Below, in pieces: positions 56,994 through 64,000 of a stretch of 64,000 nt of DNA (within the stretch, counting starts at the first letter, position 1; every line of letters begins with the position of its first letter). Source of the DNA: Vampirovibrionaceae bacterium NZW_1234. GTDB lineage: Bacteria > Cyanobacteriota > Vampirovibrionia > Vampirovibrionales > JAGQHJ01. The notes beneath the pieces were generated by a model. That model had not been told where the DNA came from. It saw only the letters and a program-made list of their open reading frames with translations, and did no database searches. Position numbers and translations under genes: made by a program. The DNA lies in the NCBI GenBank assembly GCA_041697335.1, contig JBGUGD010000025.1, forward strand, positions 4,967-68,966, written 5' to 3'.

Positions 56994-57458
56994 ATGAACG
57001 CCATTCATGTGCATTTGCTACTCAATCATATCCCGGTCCTAGGGGCCGTGTTCGGGTTGTTCATCCTGCTGCTGGGGATGGGGATTAAAAATAAAACCCT
57101 GATCTATACGGCCTGGGGGGTCTTTCTCCTGGTGGCGGTTGTTTCTCTGCCGGTTTATTTCAGTGGCGAACAAGCCGAAGAACTGGCAGAACAACTCCCG
57201 GAGGTGGTTTATGCACACTTGGAAGCCCATGAACATTGGGGAACCTATGCCTTGCTGAGTGCCGATCTGCTGGGAGGATTGGCTCTGGTCTCGCTCATTG
57301 TGGATTTGAAGTGCAAGACCTGTGGTTGGTTACGTGTCCTGGTGGTCTTGATGGCCTTGGTGACCGCAGCCCTGATGGCCCAGACGGCCTATTCCGGAGG
57401 ATTGATTCGGCACCCTGAAATTCATCGGAGTATTGGGACCGATATGAATCAGCTTTAG
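56994..57458 (+). CDS. Hypothetical 4-TM membrane protein
   Basis: 154-aa ORF with four hydrophobic segments. A decayed copy of its 3' half lies at 59129..59302. Confidence 0.65.
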   Translation: MNAIHVHLLLNHIPVLGAVFGLFILLLGMGIKNKTLIYTAWGVFLLVAVVSLPVYFSGEQAEELAEQLPEVVYAHLEAHEHWGTYALLSADLLGGLALVSLIVDLKCKTCGWLRVLVVLMALVTAALMAQTAYSGGLIRHPEIHRSIGTDMNQL

Positions 57459-57853
57459 GCCAGCTTGTCCAGTCTCGTGGCCGTTTGATCTGTAAAGCGC
57501 TTGTCGTCCGGCAGCTTGACCCAGATGACAGCACCCTGAGGGTGATTATAGGGAACGGGGGTTTCTAAGGGCCTGGCATCTTCCAGGACCCAGGCGAAGG
57601 TTTTGGGGTAAGGCATTCCCTTCATCAGCTGGTCTTTGGGAATCCGATGCTTATCTATGTTTTTCAGCAGGTCATCCCGGGAGAGCGGGCCAAGGCAATT
57701 TGCTAGCCGGGCCATGCCGGAGACCTGGCCGGATGTCGAGCGGATCAAGGCAATCGGACCGCGTTGACGGGTGTTTGAACCTCGGATTTCCCAGGTCTTT
57801 CGCCCTGCCAGAATTTCCTCGATCCACGGAGATTTTATCAATAAGCCATTCAT
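57455..57853 (-). CDS. ASCH domain protein
   Basis: IKSPWIEEILAGRKTWEIRG is a typical ASCH N-terminal strand-helix. Confidence 0.75.
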   Translation of the reverse strand: MNGLLIKSPWIEEILAGRKTWEIRGSNTRQRGPIALIRSTSGQVSGMARLANCLGPLSRDDLLKNIDKHRIPKDQLMKGMPYPKTFAWVLEDARPLETPVPYNHPQGAVIWVKLPDDKRFTDQTATRLDKLA

Positions 57854-58091
57854 GAGGGTGCCTCTCTACTCTGGGATGGTTTTAGGGGTCTGCCACGGTG
57901 CGGTTGACCAGGCATACAATGTATCACCCTCCAACCCCCGGAACAAGTGTGTATGGCCCGTATCAAATCGACAGGGACTGTTTTTTAAAGACTGAATTTA
58001 ATCTGAATTAAAGTTTGAATCCGAAATGTTTCCGTGGTTATCTGGTGTCATTCAAAAATCATCACAGTGTGCATCAGAAGGAGAATGTGCC

Positions 58092-58898
58092 ATGCGTCCC
58101 ATTGGCGTTGATTTGGTTTCCCCCCGTTTTTCAGGTCCCCGTCGGTCTTTGGTTCAGGCCAGTGTCCTTGGTTTAGGTATTGCGCTAAACAGCAGCCCTG
58201 CGCAAGTTCGGGCAGAAGCCCCTGCGAATGCTCCCGTAGCGGCTATTGAAAAACGCGAGGGCGAGGCTCCCAAAGTCATTTTGGCCAAGGAAACCGTCAT
58301 TGCCGGAAAGTCTTTTGATGATACGCTGGAGCAGCCGCTGTTTACCGTGGTCCGCCGTTATGAACGTCCTGCCGATGCCAATGGCCACCGCGAAGGCTAT
58401 AACGTGCAGGTCACACTGCAACTGAAACGGCTGGAACTGCACAACACCCAGAACGAGTTTGATAACGCCGATGATTTCCAGGCGGCGGCGAAACCGGCCC
58501 TGACCAAGATTGTGGAACAACGGGGCCTGGTTCAGGAATTGGATAACGCCGTGCTGGCCTTGAACCAAACCCCGCCGAATCCCAATCAGGGCCCAGTCAA
58601 GATTGATCTTCAGGCGTTGCAGAAGCAACTGGGCGCCATTCCGGCAGTGAAGCAAAAAGCCAACCTGGGCGTGGTCAATGTCGGTAATCAGCAGTATCAG
58701 GTGGAAGTCCAAGGCGTGAGTATTCTTCACAAGCCCACCATTACAACGCCTGCCACTCCGAATCTGCCCATTGAACAGCAAATCCTGAATGCCGCCAAAA
58801 CCCCGGGTGGCCTGGTGGGGTTGGGTGCCCTGGGCGGCTCGGCCCTGACGCTTTTCCTGCGTCGTCTGTTTCGCCGCAAGCCGACGGCTAACGCATAA
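58092..58898 (+). CDS. Hypothetical exported protein with a twin-arginine-like signal and a C-terminal TM plus basic tail
   Basis: ATG 58092 follows AAGGAGAA. MRPIGVDLVSPRFSGPRRSLVQASVLGLGIAL..VRA is the signal. The C-terminus is TPGGLVGLGALGGSALTLFLRRLFRRKPTANA. Confidence 0.6.
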   Translation: MRPIGVDLVSPRFSGPRRSLVQASVLGLGIALNSSPAQVRAEAPANAPVAAIEKREGEAPKVILAKETVIAGKSFDDTLEQPLFTVVRRYERPADANGHREGYNVQVTLQLKRLELHNTQNEFDNADDFQAAAKPALTKIVEQRGLVQELDNAVLALNQTPPNPNQGPVKIDLQALQKQLGAIPAVKQKANLGVVNVGNQQYQVEVQGVSILHKPTITTPATPNLPIEQQILNAAKTPGGLVGLGALGGSALTLFLRRLFRRKPTANA

Positions 58899-58972
58899 CA
58901 CTGACAGTCTTTGAATTAAAAGGCGGGCACACACCATCTTGCGGATGGAAATGGGAGCCCGCATCCCCTAAT

Positions 58973-59013
58973 TTACACCCTCTCCCCTCATCAGGGAGAG
59001 GGTGTAAGCTTTT
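58973..59013 (+). terminator. Rho-independent terminator
   Basis: TTACACCCTCTCCC..GGGAGAGGGTGTAA followed by GCTTTT. Confidence 0.7.
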
Positions 59014-59040
59014 AAGGATGTCGCTTCGGTAAGAGAGTTC

Positions 59041-59102
59041 CTAGAAGCGAACGATTTGGATTGTATTACTGAAGGCCGAAGCCCCGCTGGCGTTGGTGGT
59101 TG
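59041..59102 (-). pseudogene. Remnant of the last 19 codons plus stop of an S8-protease/FN3 paralog
   Basis: About 85% nt identity to 61262-61320. It translates to TNASGASAFSNTIQIVRF*, identical to the intact gene, and every nt difference is synonymous. An upstream in-frame TGA ends the homology. Confidence 0.75.
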
Positions 59103-59128
59103 AGGTGACGCACGCCCCGCTGGGATCT

Positions 59129-59302
59129 CATGAGCACTGGGGGCTATGCCTCGCTGAGTGCCGATTTGCTCGGGGGATTGGCTTTGGCATCCCTGATTGT
59201 GGATTTAAAGTGTAAACCCTGCGGCTGGTTGCCAGTACTGGTCGTCTTAATGGCCGAGACCGCCTACTCCGGGGGACTGATCCGGCACCCGGAGATTTGC
59301 AT
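59129..59302 (+). pseudogene. Decayed copy of the 3' half of the 56994..57458 membrane-protein gene
   Basis: About 80% nt identity to roughly 57228-57425. It has a 2-nt deletion near the start of the homology and a 24-bp deletion (LVTAALMA). Confidence 0.7.
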
Positions 59303-59846
59303 GAACACGGCATATTGCTACGATGAAAAGAAACGAGAGATGCATCAATCCGGGATTTACTGTGCGGTGTGAGACAAGGCCAAACGGAATCATCTGTTGA
59401 GCAGCACGCAAAAAAGGCGTCATTGAGAGAAGCGTCGGGTACGCTCAGGAGCCGAACATCCTTACGCCCACATGAAGCACCTGCAGAATTGCCGCAGAAC
59501 CCGTTATTGTGTATTGGACAAGAACCGCTATCATGCCACGTTCCAAGGAACGGCGTATAACTTCCGCGAGATGGTGTTTTTCCTAAAAAAGCAGGCCAAG
59601 CAAGTGTTAACCCGAATGACGAAAGTGATTGAAATTGAAGCAAGAGCGAACTGTGCCAAAATGGTGTAAAATAAGCCAAGGAGTGCTTTGGATTTGGTTT
59701 TGAAAGTAAAAAATATGTAAAAAAACGGAAGGTTTAGCAGCGAATGATCTTGAGGCTCTATCATAAATGACAGCAAATTCAGAATTATTCAGTTAACCCT
59801 TCACTAAATCCAAGTAAACTTAGACTTTTGGAGTACTTGATTCGTT

Positions 59847-60671
59847 ATGACGACTGTTGAAACACCCTTAATCGCACAACTTCAACTCAAAAATCTCTAT
59901 TTGGATTTAATGAAGCGTTGTTTGATGAATTTGATTTATGACAATGACGCCAATTTAGAGACAGGAGACTATGTCACCAATCCGGACACTGGGAAACTGA
60001 TCCCTCAATCAGGTAAAGCCTACTCAGCGGAGGAAAAACTGACTGGCGTCATCTGGCCATCTGTAGCACACACGATGATTGGCTGGCATCGACTCACGAA
60101 TTTACAAAATTGTGTGGAAGACATTCTTCAAAACAATATTCCGGGCGATTTTATCGAAACCGGTGTCTGGCGTGGCGGGGCTTCTATTTTTGTTCGCTCC
60201 ATTCTAAAAGCTTATGGTGTTACCGATCGTACTGTCTGGGTAGCCGACTCCTTTGAAGGGCTTCCGCCAACACAAGAATCCACCTATGAATCGGATCACA
60301 AATTTGATTGGCTCAGCAAAGTCGAAGTTCTGGCCGTTTCTCTTGACCAGGTGAAAGCCAACTTTTCCAAATACGGATTGCTGGATCATCAGGTGCAATT
60401 TTTAAAAGGATGGTTCTGCGATACATTGCCCACCGCACCCATTACCCGTTTAGCCCTTTTACGTCTGGATGGTGACTTGTACGAATCGACCATTGACGCA
60501 CTAAATGCGCTCTACCCGAAACTCTCCGTCGGGGGATATGTTATTGTTGATGACTATCATGCCTTAGACGCATGCCGCATGGCTGTCCAAGATTATCGTC
60601 AAACCCATATTATTCATGATCCGATCCACGAAATTGACGGCTCCGGTGTATTTTGGCAACGTACGCAATAA
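59847..60671 (+). CDS. TylF/macrocin-O-methyltransferase-family SAM-dependent methyltransferase
   Basis: FIETGVWRGGASIF, LLRLDGDLYEST and GGYVIVDDY. Preceded by a 150-bp AT-rich stretch. Confidence 0.85.
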   Translation: MTTVETPLIAQLQLKNLYLDLMKRCLMNLIYDNDANLETGDYVTNPDTGKLIPQSGKAYSAEEKLTGVIWPSVAHTMIGWHRLTNLQNCVEDILQNNIPGDFIETGVWRGGASIFVRSILKAYGVTDRTVWVADSFEGLPPTQESTYESDHKFDWLSKVEVLAVSLDQVKANFSKYGLLDHQVQFLKGWFCDTLPTAPITRLALLRLDGDLYESTIDALNALYPKLSVGGYVIVDDYHALDACRMAVQDYRQTHIIHDPIHEIDGSGVFWQRTQ

Positions 60672-60677
60672 ACAACC

Positions 60678-60755
60678 CCGGGTGGCATGGGTGGCTCGGC
60701 CCTGACGCTTTTCCTGCGTCGGCTGTTTCGCCGGAAGCCAGCGGCCAACGCTTAA
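60678..60755 (+). pseudogene. Stub of the C-terminal tail of a paralog of 58092..58898
   Basis: PGGMGGSALTLFLRRLFRRKPAANA* has about 88% nt identity to 58824-58898. It is in frame with the TylF ORF and separated from it only by the TAA stop and two Thr codons. Confidence 0.75.
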
Positions 60756-60956
60756 GCTTGCAGCGAAGGTGCCACCTGTCTAGTTGGCCACCATGTTACA
60801 GAAAATACAAATGATGTGTGTCTTTGGGCAATCCGGAAGCACACATTGTTTTATTTCCTTTAGATGAACTTGGCCTCATGGTGCCGAATCCCGAATCACA
60901 ATTTGACGGCGTGAAGAACGAAGGAGAGAACGGAACTTGTTGGAGGAGAGAGGAAT

Positions 60957-61169
60957 ATGGACTTATCAATTTCATTAACCGTGGGTACCGCGATCTTATC
61001 CGGTACGGTCACCAATACAACACCCCAACGCAGTCAGTTGCCCAGTCTGATAGGCCGAATGGACAAGATAGAGAAGCATCTGCAAGGCTTTTCGTTGCAA
61101 ACTGGCCGTCTCCCAACCCCGTCGGGTTTTATGCTGAGTGTTTCAAACCCGGATAGTCAGAGTTGGTAA
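60957..61169 (+). CDS. Possible small protein (70 aa)
   Basis: GGAGGAGAGAGG RBS 4 nt before the ATG. A plus-strand hairpin plus T-run follows at 61220-61262. Confidence 0.35.
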   Translation: MDLSISLTVGTAILSGTVTNTTPQRSQLPSLIGRMDKIEKHLQGFSLQTGRLPTPSGFMLSVSNPDSQSW

Positions 61170-61219
61170 TCCTGGGTTTCTAGTATCGATGTGAGCCCTA
61201 CAGGCCATTCATCAGTTAG

Positions 61220-61262
61220 ACGCCAGCCGGAGCATTACCGCTCCGGCTGGCGTTGCTGTTTT
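61220..61262 (+). terminator. Hairpin with a plus-strand T-run
   Basis: ACGCCAGCCGGAGC-ATTACC-GCTCCGGCTGGCGT followed by TGCTGTTTT. Confidence 0.5.
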
Positions 61263-63001
61263 CAGAAGCGAACAATCTGAATGGTGTTGCTGAAGGCTGA
61301 AGCCCCGCTGGCGTTGGTGGCCCGGACCCGGTAGTAGTAGTCCCGGAACATGCCGGAGCCCAGCGAATCCGTCCAGGAGGTGACGTTAACCCCGAGCGAC
61401 TTTACCATGGTGAAGCCGGTTGTCGGGCTCGTGCTTCGCCAGACTTCGTAGGTGGTCTCGTTGGTGGCGTTGTCCACCCAATTGAGCTGGACATAGCGAT
61501 AGGCCAGCCAGCGATCCTGAACCAGGCGGGGGGTGCCGCTTAGATTACTGGGGGCCGCCGGAACAGTGGGAGCCGGTGTTGGCGAGGGAGTGGGGGCCGG
61601 GGTCGGTGCTGGTGCTGGGGCAGGTGCCGGACTGGGGGATGGACTTGGCGCCGGGGCCGGGGTGCTGGGATAGCCTGCCGCAGCTAAGGCGTTATTCAGG
61701 TTTAACGTGCCACCGGTGACGGTTTTCCCGCTCAGGTAGCCTACCTTGCGAGTCGTGTCCATCAGGATTTTCTTGACCTGGGCGTTGGTGAGCCCCGGGT
61801 TCTGTGCCCACATCAGGGCTGCAGCCCCGGCCACATGCGGTGTCGCCATAGACGTTCCGCTGTAGAGGGCATACCCCCCACCCGGAACGGTGCTCAATAT
61901 TTTTTCGCCCGGAGCGGCCAGGTCGACGCTACTGCCGCCGAAGTTGGAGAAGGACGACAGGGCATCGGCCGCATTGATGGAGGCAACCGACATGACATTG
62001 GGCAAATCATAGCCTTGGGGATAATACGGGGTGGAATCGGTATTGGTGTTATTGTTTCCCGCCGCTGCAACGACCAGCCCCCCGCGTTGATTGTTGCGGT
62101 TAATGGCATCGTAGAGTGCCTGGGAAAACGACGTGCCGCCCCAGCTGTTGTTGCTGAGAAAGGCCCCGTTATTGGTGGCATAATCCAAGGCCTTGACGGC
62201 ATTGCTGGTATATCCGCTGCCGTTGTTATCCAGGAATTTCAGGGGCATGACCCGGATGCCTGCCGGTCCCACCACCCCGGCGACACCGGTGCTGTTGTTG
62301 AACGCAGCCACCAGGGTGCCGGACACATGGGTCCCATGGCCTCGATCGTCGCTGGGATTGTTGGTATTTGCCACGAAGTTCCAGCCTCGGATGTCGTCGA
62401 TGTAGCCGTTACCGTCATCATCGACACCGTTACCGACTACTTCCCTCGGGTTCGTCCAGATTCGTCCCGAGAGATCGGGGTGGGAAAAATCGATACCGCT
62501 GTCGAGAACGGCAATCGTCAGGCTGTTCCCGGCGGGTCTGAACCGATCCCAGGCTTCTGGAGCATCAATGTCATTTCCGGCGATGCCGCTGGTTTGGCCG
62601 GTGTTATGAAGCCCCCACAGATCTTTAAAGCTGGGGTCGTTGGGGATGGCCACTTCGGTGACACGGTAGTTGGGCTCGGCCCCAGCCAGCTCCGGTAATT
62701 GACGGGCATAGGCCAGGGCGTTCATGATGGCCGGGCTGTTCAGGCGAATCCGAAACCAGCCGTCCGCGCTGATTTGTTCCAAGGGGGTTGCCTGCAAGCG
62801 GGCATAGACCTGTTGCATGATGGCAGGTGGCACGTTGGGCCGGACTTTAATCAACAGCTCGCCCGGCGCATACTCCAGGGGAGCCACCTGTGCCGCTTGT
62901 TGGCCAAAGGCCAAGGGCATTCCGGCCAGGCTGTGGCTGGCAAGAATCACCAGGCAGGATAAAACCGCCGCCGGACGGCGAAAGGAATCTCGAATAGTCA
63001 T
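61262..63001 (-). CDS. Secreted subtilisin-like serine protease (S8) with an I9 propeptide, PAPAPSP linker and C-terminal FN3-like domain
   Basis: AVLDSGID, HGTHVSGT and SGTSMATPHVAG form the catalytic triad. A signal peptide is present. The C-terminus reads YEVWRS...YYYRVRATNASG. Confidence 0.92.
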   Translation of the reverse strand: MTIRDSFRRPAAVLSCLVILASHSLAGMPLAFGQQAAQVAPLEYAPGELLIKVRPNVPPAIMQQVYARLQATPLEQISADGWFRIRLNSPAIMNALAYARQLPELAGAEPNYRVTEVAIPNDPSFKDLWGLHNTGQTSGIAGNDIDAPEAWDRFRPAGNSLTIAVLDSGIDFSHPDLSGRIWTNPREVVGNGVDDDGNGYIDDIRGWNFVANTNNPSDDRGHGTHVSGTLVAAFNNSTGVAGVVGPAGIRVMPLKFLDNNGSGYTSNAVKALDYATNNGAFLSNNSWGGTSFSQALYDAINRNNQRGGLVVAAAGNNNTNTDSTPYYPQGYDLPNVMSVASINAADALSSFSNFGGSSVDLAAPGEKILSTVPGGGYALYSGTSMATPHVAGAAALMWAQNPGLTNAQVKKILMDTTRKVGYLSGKTVTGGTLNLNNALAAAGYPSTPAPAPSPSPSPAPAPAPAPTPAPTPSPTPAPTVPAAPSNLSGTPRLVQDRWLAYRYVQLNWVDNATNETTYEVWRSTSPTTGFTMVKSLGVNVTSWTDSLGSGMFRDYYYRVRATNASGASAFSNTIQIVRF

Positions 63002-63324
63002 AAGGCGTGTGCTTCTCTTCTTCTCGTTACATCTCGATTGAAATCGCTACAAAACAGCCTGTTTCTCAAAATCAAGGAACGGCGAAAGGAACAGGCTGTA
63101 CTGTGTTATACCCTATGAAATCCGACTTGACCACTGTTGAGGTGGGCTGTGGTGAAAAACTGTGTTAGTGAGTGTTTTGACGTGTCGCTTGGGAAGAACG
63201 CTCTCCTTGAGTGCGATTAGCAGGCTCGTCGTTTGTAGTGACACACCGAAGGCATCAGGTTTGCGTCACACGTGCGTTTATCGTATATGTGGAACATCAC
63301 TGGTTTTAAAAGGGAATCGAGCAA

Positions 63325-64000
63325 ATGATGCATGTGACGGGAGTCAATCGGCTACAACGTCCGGTCAAGGCAACTATCGGGAAACGTTCGGAGGGTGTTG
63401 CTACTGTAAAAACGCCATTGTTTAAAGGGGGGCAATCCGATAAGGTCACCGTCTCCCCTCAGGATATGCCGTTACTATCGACGCCCTTTGTGCCCAGTGC
63501 CAAGTGGGTCGAGCAATTGAGAAAGGCAATGGAAGGCCCGTATGTGGGTCGATACGGCTTTTATTACCCCCGAAATCGCTATAACATCTTAACCGCCCCT
63601 ATCCATAAGGCGATTGAAAACGCCGGTGTCAAAATGACGCGATTTTTCAATGTCGAGGCGAAAATCCCAGATAAAGTCGTGGGCAATGGCCCTGATTTTG
63701 TGCCCAAGATGCAGGAAGAAATTCAATACAAGCTCTATGGCCCCTTGTGGAACATCTACCATTTCCATGGTGCGGTGAATCCCGATGTGGGTGTCGTCGC
63801 GGTTTCCGATGGAAAGAGCTTTACGCCGGAAGTTATTCGGCGCTTGTCCGAAGGTTTTCCGCCGGTAAAAAGTGCGGCTTTCCCCAAGCTGCTCAGCGAT
63901 CTGCACGATGAGCTGGTGGCTCACGCCCGGCAATTCCCAGGAGAGCTTTCTGTACAGGAGGATAAGCTGGTATTTGCCTCTATTCGACCCGAATTAGGGA
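63325..64000 (+). CDS. Hypothetical protein; 3' end lies outside the window
   Basis: Absent from the ORF track because it has no stop. From ATG 63325 I read MMHVTGVNRLQRPVKATIGKRSEG...YHFHGAVNPDVGVVAVSDGKSF..., open to base 64000. The minus ORF 63589..63933 is its shadow. Confidence 0.55.
   Translation, partial: MMHVTGVNRLQRPVKATIGKRSEGVATVKTPLFKGGQSDKVTVSPQDMPLLSTPFVPSAKWVEQLRKAMEGPYVGRYGFYYPRNRYNILTAPIHKAIENAGVKMTRFFNVEAKIPDKVVGNGPDFVPKMQEEIQYKLYGPLWNIYHFHGAVNPDVGVVAVSDGKSFTPEVIRRLSEGFPPVKSAAFPKLLSDLHDELVAHARQFPGELSVQEDKLVFASIRPELG

Noticed and set aside
58185-58964. 259-aa minus-strand ORF, and the 61835..62698 plus-strand ORF
   Set aside because: They are shadows of the 58092..58898 gene and of the S8 protease respectively. 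The sense frames carry the RBS, signal peptides and catalytic motifs.
59128-59679. 183-aa minus-strand ORF and small plus ORFs in the mosaic spacer
   Set aside because: They run across junctions between unrelated gene fragments (the S8 remnant and the membrane-gene remnant) and have no RBS. The 80-aa ORF 59130..59372 is the frameshifted remnant itself and is listed as a pseudogene.
58824-61320. Annotating the mosaic as an insertion sequence, transposon or integron cassette
   Set aside because: I could find no transposase, integrase or recombinase ORF, no terminal inverted repeats and no target-site duplication. Only the paralogous fragments are present.

Overview
This is a 64-kb chromosomal window from a diderm bacterium with mid-range GC. 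It has no rRNA, no CRISPR array and no recognisable transposase, integrase or phage gene, and it carries one tRNA-Arg(TCG). About half is core housekeeping. That half includes a DUF255 thioredoxin-domain protein (partial), nadD, a DnaQ-like exonuclease, hemL, an asparaginase-II-family protein, PBP1A, a short LeuA-family synthase, comEA and osmC. It also includes an aminotransferase, a metallophosphoesterase, a class I aldolase-gap-tpiA-dut-dtd run, a 2Fe-2S ferredoxin, a flavin reductase and DUF167. The remaining core genes are a HAD-IIA phosphatase fused by ATGA overlap to a glycerol-1-phosphate-dehydrogenase-like gene, a lactate permease, an ASCH protein, an S8 protease and a Czc/Cus-type RND efflux operon in the order OMF-pump-adaptor. 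The other half is lineage-specific genes with no Sec signal and no clear family, separated by AT-rich spacers. These are a 965-aa protein with three GDPH/GDTH (VWD-like) modules, two tandem paralogs sharing an MDLRTGF...RFGSE...PFRW leader, and a caspase-like protein whose segments look circularly permuted, preceded by an orphan prepilin-type gene. They also include two EF-hand paralogs flanking a wHTH-MNT/HEPN pair, a C39-like cysteine peptidase divergent from two tandem small paralogs, and an 830-aa protein with eight 36-bp FGESGSFGxQxx repeats. Non-coding signals include three palindromic hairpins phased at exactly 99 bp, a 95-nt purine/pyrimidine-asymmetric tract bracketed by two minus-strand terminators, and a recurrent TTGTTTTTATA box. 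A mosaic at 58.8-61.3 kb looks like reciprocal decay of a duplicated convergent gene pair. A short (P/V/I)RF(G/S)S motif recurs near the N-termini of many unrelated ORFs. All functional calls come from motif reading by eye; no searches were run.
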